A stretch of 64,000 nucleotides of DNA from Acidithiobacillus sp. (GTDB taxonomy: Bacteria; Pseudomonadota; Gammaproteobacteria; Acidithiobacillales; Acidithiobacillaceae): assembly GCA_027351205.1 (NCBI GenBank), contig DAIEIW010000211.1, positions 1,205 to 65,204 on the forward strand, read 5' to 3'. The position numbers and the translations under genes were made by a program. This document shows positions 40,971-49,429 of the stretch, piece by piece. Each line of letters opens with the position of its first letter. Position 1 is the first letter of the stretch. The notes under the pieces were generated by a model, which was not told the DNA's origin, did no database searches, and worked only from the letters and a program-made list of their open reading frames with translations.

Positions 40971-42134
40971 ATGTTTGAACTTAATGAATGTGAACAAGAC
41001 GGTGCTGTCATCAAAGTCATCGGCGTCGGGGGCGGGGGCGGCAACGCCATCAACAACATGTGCGCGGCAGGCCTGGAAGGCGTGGAGTTCATCAGCGCCA
41101 ATACCGATGCACAGGCGCTGCGCCACTCCCACGCCAGCCATACGATCCAGCTCGGCGCCCAGATCACCCGCGGCCTCGGTGCGGGCGCGGATCCCGAAGT
41201 CGGTCGTAAGGCCGCCGAGGAAGGCCGTGACGAAATCCGCGCAGCCCTGGAAAAGGCCGACATGGTCTTCATCACCACGGGCATGGGCGGCGGCACCGGC
41301 ACCGGCGCCGCCCCCGTGGTGGCAGCCATTGCTCGCGACATGGGCATCCTCACCGTCGGTGTGGTCACCAGGCCCTTCAACTTCGAAGGCAAGAAGCGCC
41401 AGCAGCACGCCCTCTCCGGCATCGACGAACTCTCCCAGTACGTGGACTCGCTGGTCATCATCCCCAACGAGAAGCTGTTGTCCGTCCTCGGCAAGAACAT
41501 CAGCCTCAAGGACGCCTACCAGGCCGCCGACAACATCCTTCTCGGCGCCGTGCAGGGCATCTCGGAGCTGGTCACCCGCCCCGGTCTGATGAACCTGGAT
41601 TTCGCCGATGTCCGTACCGTCATGTCCGGCATGGGTCTGGCCATGATGGGTGCCGCCAGCGGCCGCGGCGAAAACCGCGCCAAGGATGCCGCCACCCGTG
41701 CCGCCTCCAGTCCGCTGCTGGACGACATTAATCTCGCCGGAGCCCGCGGCATCCTGGTCAACATCACCGCCGGCATGGACCTGACTTTGGGCGAGTTCGA
41801 AGAAGTCGGCGAACTGATCCGTGGTTATGCGGCAGATGACGCCAACGTCAAGGTCGGCACCGTGCTGGATCCGGAACTGGAAGGGGAACTACGGGTTACG
41901 GTGGTCGCCACCGGATTGCAACGAGAGCCCGTGCGGCTGGCGGTCGAGAACATCCGGCCACGGCCAGCAGCGATCCCGGCCACGGCGGCAGACTGGCGCA
42001 ACCTCGACAAGCCCACCGGTATGCGTCAGACCGAACGCCCGACGGGTTCGAGCATGCCCGCCCATGGCGGCAACCACACGCCGAACTACGCGGACCTGGA
42101 CATCCCTGCCTTCCTGCGCCGTCAGGCGGACTAA
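40971..42134 (+). CDS. ftsZ: Cell division protein FtsZ
   Basis: GVGGGGGNA, GMGGGTGTG, NLDFADV, C-terminal LDIPAFLRRQAD. Confidence 0.99.
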   Translation: MFELNECEQDGAVIKVIGVGGGGGNAINNMCAAGLEGVEFISANTDAQALRHSHASHTIQLGAQITRGLGAGADPEVGRKAAEEGRDEIRAALEKADMVFITTGMGGGTGTGAAPVVAAIARDMGILTVGVVTRPFNFEGKKRQQHALSGIDELSQYVDSLVIIPNEKLLSVLGKNISLKDAYQAADNILLGAVQGISELVTRPGLMNLDFADVRTVMSGMGLAMMGAASGRGENRAKDAATRAASSPLLDDINLAGARGILVNITAGMDLTLGEFEEVGELIRGYAADDANVKVGTVLDPELEGELRVTVVATGLQREPVRLAVENIRPRPAAIPATAADWRNLDKPTGMRQTERPTGSSMPAHGGNHTPNYADLDIPAFLRRQAD

Positions 42135-42254
42135 GAGCGTAGGGGGCGGGTCAGCGCAGGCGTTCACCCCGGAGCGGCTACGTTTCCCGCCCGGTGGCGA
42201 CCGTCTGCTCGCCGTCTGCCGCCACCGTGCCCATAACGAACCGTTACAGCGCGA

Positions 42255-43112
42255 TCAGCCCGCCACCAGATGCCCGGAAGCATCATGGTCAGCGGCGCTC
42301 ATCACCTTGCGGTAACGGCTGAGATCCCTGACGCTCTGAATGGGCGTTTCGAGCAAAGCAGAAAGATTGCGCAAGATGCCATTGACCACCTTGCCCTCCC
42401 AGATCGCGTCGAAATGAATCTGGGTATCCAGCCATTGCTCCAGCCAACCCGGATCCGGCAGATGACTCTGCACACTATCCTCGGGATACATCGCCTTGTT
42501 CACATGGAGATTGGTAGGATGCAATGCCTTCGCCGTCTTGGTGTTGGCCATGAGTACACCGATCTTGGCAAAAGCCAGACGCGCGCTGTCCCCGAGGCGA
42601 TCAATGGCGCGCCGCATATATTTCAGATAAACACCAGCGTGCCGCGCCTCGTCCTTGGATAGCACCTCGTAAATCGAGCGGATCACCGGCTCGCTATGCC
42701 ACTGCGCCGCGCATTTGTACCAGTGTGTCAGGCGGATTTCGCCGCAGAAATGCAGCATGAGGGTTTCCATTGCTGGTGCCGGATCAAATTCAAAGCGCAC
42801 ATTGTGCAATTCATCTTCCGTCGGCAGATATTCCGGTGCGAAGCGGCGCAGGTATTCCATAAGCACCAGAGCGTGCTTCTGCTCTTCGTAGAACCAGATG
42901 GACATGAAGGCCGAGAAATCAGAGTCGTTCCGGTTGTCGCGGAGAAACATCTCCGTCGCCGGGAGTGCCGACCACTCGGTGACCGCATTCATCTTGATCG
43001 TGCGCAACTGCTCATCACTGACCAGGCTACGGTCAAACTGCTCCCAGGGGATATCCGTGGCCATGTTCCAGCGCGCGGCCTCCAGCGATTTGAACAACTC
43101 AGGGTATAACAT
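42255..43112 (-). CDS. Ferritin-like diiron-carboxylate protein (acyl-ACP desaturase/diiron oxygenase-like)
   Basis: Two ExxH pairs (EEQKH, DEARH) plus TEWSA and CGEIR glutamates; N-terminus MLYPELFKSLEAARWNM..DIPW. Confidence 0.78.
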   Translation of the reverse strand: MLYPELFKSLEAARWNMATDIPWEQFDRSLVSDEQLRTIKMNAVTEWSALPATEMFLRDNRNDSDFSAFMSIWFYEEQKHALVLMEYLRRFAPEYLPTEDELHNVRFEFDPAPAMETLMLHFCGEIRLTHWYKCAAQWHSEPVIRSIYEVLSKDEARHAGVYLKYMRRAIDRLGDSARLAFAKIGVLMANTKTAKALHPTNLHVNKAMYPEDSVQSHLPDPGWLEQWLDTQIHFDAIWEGKVVNGILRNLSALLETPIQSVRDLSRYRKVMSAADHDASGHLVAG

Positions 43113-43451
43113 GGCGAACCAACCTCTCTCTCTGGCGTTCTCGAAAACGGATGCCGGGGCACCTCAGCCCCCTTCCGCCCACCAGACGAAAGTCGCGCGC
43201 CGGCACCCCCACAAAGCCTTGTGACAACACCGTGAGGCTTCGTAAAACATATGCTCGGCATTTTACGACAAATCCCGGCATCGGGCGAATCACGGATAAC
43301 GTATGCCCGGGTACGCGCCAACGGTCCTGAAGACCAGCCGAGATGAGTACCAGGTTCCTGCTCGGCAGGTATGCCTTGCGGCGCCCTGCATTGGCTGTTC
43401 ATGACAGGATAATTATAGTATATTTTGTAAATCTGGTACGATTGAGTAACT

Positions 43452-43829
43452 ATGAACAGACAAACCAAGCAGGAAACGACTTGCCCCATGGATGCACTGC
43501 TCCGCTTGCTGATGGGGCCATGGACCACATACATCCTCTGGACGCTGAGACAACGCGGTCCCACCCGTTTCGGGATGCTCAAGCGGGAAGTGCGCGGCAT
43601 TTCGTCACGGATGCTGACGGAGCGTTTGCGCACCCTGGAGGAGGCCGGAGTGGTATTCAGGGTGTATCGTCCCAGCATTCCTCCGGAAGTGACCTATGGC
43701 CTGACGCCGCGCGGACTGGAACTGCGGGAAGTGCTGGATGCACTGGATACGCTGGCCCGGCGCTGGAATAGCGAAGACGCTGGCAGGAAAAGCATCCGCC
43801 GGGAATCGGTCCTGCCTGTTACCAATTAG
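43452..43829 (+). CDS. HxlR/DUF24-family winged-helix transcriptional regulator
   Basis: CPMDALLRLLMGPW, TRFGMLKR, GISSRMLTERLRTLE, PPEVTYGLTPRG. Confidence 0.9.
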   Translation: MNRQTKQETTCPMDALLRLLMGPWTTYILWTLRQRGPTRFGMLKREVRGISSRMLTERLRTLEEAGVVFRVYRPSIPPEVTYGLTPRGLELREVLDALDTLARRWNSEDAGRKSIRRESVLPVTN

Positions 43830-43996
43830 CAGCTACCTGCAGCCACCCTGATCATTTGCCGGGATTTTCATGCTCAATCCATAGGCAAACCCGGGTCCAT
43901 GGCGTGTCCCGGCCCCCGCCTCCGGCACGGATGACCTAGATTTATCCGGCCATTTGGGGCAGACTTCGCGGATATACCTAGTGTTACGCGAGATCT

Positions 43997-44458
43997 ATGG
44001 CTGCATCCTCTCCTCATGTCCTTGTACTGCATGGCCCGAATCTGAATCTGCTGGGCAGTCGTGAGCCCGGCCATTACGGGCAGACCACCCTCGCGGAGAT
44101 TGATGCAGGGATGCAGACACTTGCGCAGGGCTGGGGCTGGCGACTGCACAGCCTGCAGAGCAACGCTGAGCATGTACTGATCGATGCGGTCCAGGAGGCC
44201 CTTCCCCTGGGCATCACCGACATCATCATCAACCCCGCGGCGTTCACCCACACCAGCGTTGCCCTGCGTGATGCCCTGGCTGCCGTACAGATTCCGTTTA
44301 TTGAAGTACATTTATCCAATATTCATGGTCGGGAACCTTTCCGCCGTCACTCCTACTTCTCCGAGCTCGCCCAGGGCGTCATCGCGGGACTGGGTGCGGA
44401 TGGATACTTCCTGGCGCTGGATGCCATTCATCGGCGCCTGAAACGCCATAACCCATAA
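43997..44458 (+). CDS. aroQ: Type II 3-dehydroquinate dehydratase
   Basis: [42 protein letters not shown]. Confidence 0.98.
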   Translation: MAASSPHVLVLHGPNLNLLGSREPGHYGQTTLAEIDAGMQTLAQGWGWRLHSLQSNAEHVLIDAVQEALPLGITDIIINPAAFTHTSVALRDALAAVQIPFIEVHLSNIHGREPFRRHSYFSELAQGVIAGLGADGYFLALDAIHRRLKRHNP

Positions 44459-44477
44459 CTGACACCAAGGAAAGAGC

Positions 44478-44948
44478 ATGGATATCCAATTCATCCGTCG
44501 CCTGGCCGAACTGCTGGAAAAGAGCGCCATTGATGAAATAGAAGTGGTAGAGGGCGACAGCAAAGTCCGGATCACGCGGCACACCGCTCCCGCCCATCCG
44601 GCACCGGCCATCACCTACGCCCAGCCCGCGCCAGTGATGACGACTACGCCCACCATCGTGGGGGCGGCGCCCCCCGCCGCGGCAGCGGTCGAAACGCCGC
44701 CCCAGGGCTATATGATCAAATCCCCCATGGTCGGGACCTTTTATCGCGCATCCTCTCCGGAATCTGCACCCTTCGTGGAAGAAGGCAGCATGGTGAAGGC
44801 CGGACAGACTCTGTGCATCATCGAAGCCATGAAGCTGCTGAACGAAATTGAAGCCGACGTCTCCGGAAAAGTGATCAAGGTTCTCGCCGGCAATGGCCAG
44901 CCCGTCGAATACGGTGAACCCTTGTTCATCATCGCACCCGGGGACTGA
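44478..44948 (+). CDS. accB: Acetyl-CoA carboxylase biotin carboxyl carrier protein
   Basis: [13 protein letters not shown] (biotinyl lysine), VEYGEPLF. Confidence 0.98.
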   Translation: MDIQFIRRLAELLEKSAIDEIEVVEGDSKVRITRHTAPAHPAPAITYAQPAPVMTTTPTIVGAAPPAAAAVETPPQGYMIKSPMVGTFYRASSPESAPFVEEGSMVKAGQTLCIIEAMKLLNEIEADVSGKVIKVLAGNGQPVEYGEPLFIIAPGD

Positions 44949-44949
44949 A

Positions 44950-46296
44950 ATGTTCGAGAAAATCCTTATCGCCAACCGTGGCGAGATTGCCCTTCGGATT
45001 CAGCGCGCCTGCCGCGAACTGGGCATTCGCACCGTCGCCGTCCACTCTGAACCAGATCGCGATCTTCTCCACGTCAAGCTGGCTGACGAGTCGGTGTGCA
45101 TCGGCCCGGCGCCGAGCGATAAAAGTTATCTCAACATCCCCGCCGTGATTGCCGCCGCCGAGGTGACCGACGCCGAAGCGATTCATCCCGGCTACGGATT
45201 CCTGTCAGAAAATGCCGACTTCGCCGAACGGGTCGAAAACAGCGGGTTTACCTTCATCGGGCCGCGCGCGGAAACCATCCGCCAGATGGGTGACAAAATC
45301 GCCGCCAAGGCCGCGATGAAGAAGGCTGGCGTACCCTGTGTGCCGGGTTCCGATGGACCGCTACCCGACGATAACGAGGCCCTCAAAGCCCTCGCCCGGG
45401 AGATCGGTTATCCCGTCATTCTCAAGGCGGCCGGCGGCGGCGGCGGGCGCGGCATGCGGGTCGTACACACCGAAGCACACCTCGTCAACGCCGCGAGCCT
45501 GACCCGCGCGGAGGCCGACAAGGCTTTCGGCAACCCGACCCTCTATATGGAAAAATTTCTCGAAACGCCGCGCCACATCGAATTTCAGATACTGTGTGAC
45601 ACCCAGGGTCATTGCATTCACCTGGGCGAACGGGACTGCTCGGTGCAGCGCCGCCATCAAAAAGTCATTGAAGAAGCGCCCGCCCCAGGCGTCAGTGCCG
45701 CGCAGCGCGCTGAAATCGGCGCATCCGTGGCCAAAGCTTGTGAGGATATGGGCTACCGTGGCGCCGGCACCGTCGAGTTTCTTTACGATCCGGAAAACCA
45801 GACCTTCTATTTCATTGAAATGAATACACGGGTGCAGGTCGAGCACCCGGTCACGGAGCTGATTACCGGCATCGACATCGTCAAGGCGCAAATTCGCATT
45901 GCGGCGGGACTGCCACTGGGGATTCGGCAGGAGGACGTGGTACTCAGCGGTCACGCCATCGAATTCCGCATCAATGCCGAAGACCCGGAGCGCTTCGTAC
46001 CCTCACCGGGACAGATTACCGCTTGGCACCCCCCTGGCGGGCCGGGCATCCGCGTCGACAGTCATATTTATGCGGGTTATCGGGTACCGCCCTTCTACGA
46101 CTCCATGATCGGTAAAATCATCGCCTTCGGGGCTGACCGCGAGGAAGCCAACATGCGCATGCGCAGCGCCCTGCGCGAGACCACCATTGAGGGTATTCAA
46201 ACCAACATTCTCCTGCATCGGCGGGTCCTGGAAGAGGCGCAATACGCCACGGGCGGTGTGCATATCCACTATCTGGAGGCCTTGCTCGCCCTATGA
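44950..46296 (+). CDS. accC: Acetyl-CoA carboxylase biotin carboxylase
   Basis: [49 protein letters not shown]. Start at 44950. Confidence 0.98.
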   Translation: MFEKILIANRGEIALRIQRACRELGIRTVAVHSEPDRDLLHVKLADESVCIGPAPSDKSYLNIPAVIAAAEVTDAEAIHPGYGFLSENADFAERVENSGFTFIGPRAETIRQMGDKIAAKAAMKKAGVPCVPGSDGPLPDDNEALKALAREIGYPVILKAAGGGGGRGMRVVHTEAHLVNAASLTRAEADKAFGNPTLYMEKFLETPRHIEFQILCDTQGHCIHLGERDCSVQRRHQKVIEEAPAPGVSAAQRAEIGASVAKACEDMGYRGAGTVEFLYDPENQTFYFIEMNTRVQVEHPVTELITGIDIVKAQIRIAAGLPLGIRQEDVVLSGHAIEFRINAEDPERFVPSPGQITAWHPPGGPGIRVDSHIYAGYRVPPFYDSMIGKIIAFGADREEANMRMRSALRETTIEGIQTNILLHRRVLEEAQYATGGVHIHYLEALLAL

Positions 46297-47171
46297 AAGT
46301 CGCCTGGTGGCAGCTCGACATGCGCGTCCCTGCAACAGCCGCAGCAGCCGTCGAGGCGCAATTGCTGGACGCTGGCGCAGAGGCGGTCACTTTTCTGGAA
46401 GGCGATGACAGTGAAGCCGTGTTCGATGAGGGCCATATCTGGCAGAACAGCCGGTGCGAAGCCCTGTTTGCTGCGGACAGCCACAGCGAAGCAACCCTGC
46501 AAAGTCTGGTCAGAGACAATGACTGGCGGCCATACGCAGCACGCTTCACCGCGCTGGAGGAACAGGACTGGGTAGCGGCAACCCAGGCCGCCTTCCCCGC
46601 ACGCTGCTTCGGCCGCCTCTGGGTAACCCCCAGTTGGGATGCGGCGCCCGCTGGCGCCCCCCGCGTGCTGCATCTCGACCCCGGCCAGGCCTTCGGCACC
46701 GGCGCCCACGCCACCACGGCGCTCTGCCTGCGTTTCCTGGATACGCAGGTCCGCGGAGGCGAAAGCCTTATCGATTACGGCTGCGGCTCCGGCATTCTGG
46801 CCATCGCCGGGCTGCTGCTGGGCGCCGGCCAGGCATTCGGAGTGGACACCGACCCCGTTGCACTGCAGGTAGCGGCCGCCAATGCAGAACGCAACGGCAT
46901 CAGCGCCGGCCTGCAGCTCGCGCTGCCCGAAAACGCCAGGCTGCCCCTGGCCGACATCCTGGTCGCTAACATTCTGGCGACCCCCCTTCTGACCCTTGCG
47001 CCCGCCCTGGCCCATTCCGTCCGTCCTGGAGGCTGGATCGCACTATCCGGCATCCTGCACCATCAGGAAGCGGAGATTCACGCCGCCTACGAGCCTTATT
47101 TTGATCTCGCAGCCGCGCAACACGAAGAAGACTGGTCACTCCTCTATGGCCAGCGCAACACTGGAGTCTGA
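46293..47171 (+). CDS. prmA: Ribosomal protein L11 methyltransferase
   Basis: [37 protein letters not shown]. Confidence 0.96.
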   Translation: MKVAWWQLDMRVPATAAAAVEAQLLDAGAEAVTFLEGDDSEAVFDEGHIWQNSRCEALFAADSHSEATLQSLVRDNDWRPYAARFTALEEQDWVAATQAAFPARCFGRLWVTPSWDAAPAGAPRVLHLDPGQAFGTGAHATTALCLRFLDTQVRGGESLIDYGCGSGILAIAGLLLGAGQAFGVDTDPVALQVAAANAERNGISAGLQLALPENARLPLADILVANILATPLLTLAPALAHSVRPGGWIALSGILHHQEAEIHAAYEPYFDLAAAQHEEDWSLLYGQRNTGV

Positions 47172-47173
47172 TT

Positions 47174-47806
47174 ATGGAAATTTCCTGCCCCCGCTGTGAA
47201 TCGACCTTCATCTCGGACGACAAGGCCCTGCGCGAGCACCATTATCGAGTGAAATGCAGCGTCTGCCACCATATTTTTCATGTAGATGTCGCCGCAGAGG
47301 CTGCTCGTGCGGGCAGCAGCCTGGGGCGCCGTCTGGGTCGGTTTCTGCTCATCCTGGCCATCATCCTGCTGGTTATCGCGCTGATCGGGCAGATACTCTG
47401 GTGGACACGCAGTTACAGTTACGCCGCTACCAGCGCGCCCGTCCGCCGCTTCTTGCTGCGTAGCGCTGAGCAACTGGATATCACCATTCCCTGGCCAGGT
47501 CCCAACAAAGACATCCGTATTCTCAACAGCCAGGTTACCCCTGTGGCGGACCACCTGGCGCGGATCACCGGCAATATTGAAAATGTAGCCAACCAGGTTC
47601 AGGCTTACCCGGTGATTGAAGTCACCCTCAGCAACGTCTATGGCGCACCCATTGCCCACCTGCATTTTACCGCGACGCAATACCTGAGCGCGGAATTTCC
47701 CGCCCGTGCGGGATTTGTTCCGGGTACGCCAGTACCATTTGTACTCAGCAGCCCGGCGCTGACAGAGGCGGCGGGTTATCAAGTCACCCTCCTCAGCCGT
47801 CCCTGA
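47174..47806 (+). CDS. Zinc-ribbon (MJ0042-type) + TM + DUF3426 protein
   Basis: CPRC..VKCSVC N-terminal ribbon, one TM helix, QAYPVIEVTLSN; usual position after prmA. Confidence 0.8.
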   Translation: MEISCPRCESTFISDDKALREHHYRVKCSVCHHIFHVDVAAEAARAGSSLGRRLGRFLLILAIILLVIALIGQILWWTRSYSYAATSAPVRRFLLRSAEQLDITIPWPGPNKDIRILNSQVTPVADHLARITGNIENVANQVQAYPVIEVTLSNVYGAPIAHLHFTATQYLSAEFPARAGFVPGTPVPFVLSSPALTEAAGYQVTLLSRP

Positions 47807-47816
47807 GGGGGTGACC

Positions 47817-48059
47817 ATGGATAGCACGAATATGTCCCTGGGCGATTGCGTAATCCACGTCATGGACCGCTATCTGGCGGATTTGGGAGGTGAAGTCCCC
47901 GGCAACCTGCATGCGCTGATCGTCGAAGAAGTGGAGCGTGCGCTGCTCGCGCACACGCTGCAACATTGTGGCGGACAACGCGGCATGGCCGCCCAGTGGC
48001 TGGGCATCAATCGCAATACCCTGCGGAAGAAGCTGCAAACCTACGGATTGGATACCTGA
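47817..48059 (+). CDS. fis: Fis-family DNA-binding protein
   Basis: Y..DLGG, VEEVERALL, AAQWLGINRNTLRKKL HTH. Confidence 0.85.
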   Translation: MDSTNMSLGDCVIHVMDRYLADLGGEVPGNLHALIVEEVERALLAHTLQHCGGQRGMAAQWLGINRNTLRKKLQTYGLDT

Positions 48060-48706
48060 ATCAACTGCGGGGCGGCATTGGCCGCGGGCTGCTGGTTCAC
48101 GCCCGGTACCGTGCCGCCGCCATTCAGATAGTGCTGATAATAAGCGAGCACCCGCGGTACATAGGCCTGGGTTTCTGCAAAGGGCGGGATATGATAGCCG
48201 GCCTGGATCACTGCGTTTGATCCCGCGTTGTAAGCGGCTACGGCCAGTTTCAGGTCGCCACTGAAGATCCGCAGCAAATGGGCCAGATACGCGGTGCCGC
48301 CGTTGATGTTGTCCGTCGGACTGAAAGCGTTCGCCACCCCGAAGCGAAGCGCCGTAGCGGGGATGAGCTGCATCAGGCCAACGGCGCCCTTGGGCGATAC
48401 CGCACCGGCATTATAACCGGACTCCGCGCTGATTACGGCGTTGATCAGCGCCGAGCTGACCTGGTAACGACTGGCGGCCGCATGAATCAGGCCCTGATAA
48501 CGCCTCCGGGCGACACGGTTGAAATCGGCGCGCGCCACGGCTACCGCCATTTTTGGGGTCCGCATGACCATCCGGTACCGGTCGTTCCCGGCAGGCACAT
48601 TGGTAAGATGCACCACCCCGCTGCTATCGGTATAGGCATAAATATCGGCTTCCGCCGTACCTCCGCAAAGCAGCAACAGCGCAGCGGCCATCAGAGCGGG
48701 TTTCAC
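48041..48706 (-). CDS. Exported lytic transglycosylase (DUF4124 + SLT domain)
   Basis: Signal peptide, IYAYTDSSGVVHLTN, AVISAES, GAVGLMQL, AAYNAG, ETQAYV. Confidence 0.9.
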   Translation of the reverse strand: MKPALMAAALLLLCGGTAEADIYAYTDSSGVVHLTNVPAGNDRYRMVMRTPKMAVAVARADFNRVARRRYQGLIHAAASRYQVSSALINAVISAESGYNAGAVSPKGAVGLMQLIPATALRFGVANAFSPTDNINGGTAYLAHLLRIFSGDLKLAVAAYNAGSNAVIQAGYHIPPFAETQAYVPRVLAYYQHYLNGGGTVPGVNQQPAANAAPQLIQVSNP

Positions 48707-49131
48707 TTCACCACCCGCAGTGCGGGACGCTCACGCTTTCCCGAAGTCTCCGCGTTCTCTGCGCCGCCGCCCGCCGAAGAAGGCGGCGGCGCGGCGGGAA
48801 TTTCCGGATCGGCAAAGCCCATTCCTTCCTGTGTTTCTGCGGCGTATATCGCCGCCACTGCCGCCATGGGCACGTCTACTGTCCGCGCAACCCCGCCGAA
48901 GCGGGCATTGAAGGAAATCCAGTCGTCCGCCATGCGGAGACTGTGGCAGGCGCGCGGAGAAACATCGAGAATCATCCGTCCATCCTTTTCGTAGCCACTC
49001 GGGACAGACACTCCGGGATAGGCCACCACTACCAGAATATAGGGTGTGTGCCCCTGGTCCACGCACCACTGATAGACGGCATTGAGCAGATAAGACTTGG
49101 CACTTTCAGGTAACAATTTTTTCTCCATCAT
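48703..49131 (-). CDS. sspB: ClpXP adaptor / stringent starvation protein B
   Basis: YLLNAVYQW, TPYI, FNARFGG, AIYAAETQEG, C-terminal ClpX-binding LRVVK. Confidence 0.95.
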   Translation of the reverse strand: MMEKKLLPESAKSYLLNAVYQWCVDQGHTPYILVVVAYPGVSVPSGYEKDGRMILDVSPRACHSLRMADDWISFNARFGGVARTVDVPMAAVAAIYAAETQEGMGFADPEIPAAPPPSSAGGGAENAETSGKRERPALRVVK

Positions 49132-49364
49132 CCGTATACAGCAACTTACAGCCCCTCCGGGAGAGGATCGCCGACTGCCTGGGAATACAAAGCCGAAGAC
49201 ACGCGTCGACACCCCCAAGTCCGCTCCAGACTCCTAAAACCGTTTATAGACGATTTTCGAAAATTCTCAAGACCAATCAACACCAGGCTCACGTCTCTGC
49301 AGTTTTGAACGGATTCCCGTGAAACCTGCTGCGGGATCTTTTTTGTCCCGGCCGAAAAATTGTC

Positions 49365-49392
49365 TTGCCTCTATCACAGCAACCGCTAAAAT
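49365..49392 (+). promoter_or_regulatory. Putative sigma70 promoter of traT
   Basis: TTGCCT - 16 nt - TAAAAT, about 38 nt before the ATG at 49430. Confidence 0.5.
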
Positions 49393-49429
49393 ACAGCGGA
49401 TAACAACATGCACTTTTCGGAGGAACCCC

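Noticed and set aside
43159-43212. Minus-strand GGGGTGCC...GCTGAG resembling the 5' half of a TPP riboswitch
   Set aside because: The ACCC..ACCTGA..AGGGA 3' half is missing and the downstream gene is unrelated to thiamine.
43327-43333. CTGAAGA resembling a hammerhead ribozyme core
   Set aside because: No stem II followed by GAAA at the required downstream position.
42989-43402. Possible small ORF or pseudogene (MNSQCRAP...) divergent from hxlR
   Set aside because: No RBS or recognisable homology, and it runs out of frame into the diiron gene; the region is better explained as a structured spacer.
49394-49407. AGCGGATAACAA, a 12-nt match to part of the E. coli lac operator
   Set aside because: Only one half-site, native flanks, no vector sequence; best explained as chance or as part of the local CCGCT/AGCGG inverted repeat.
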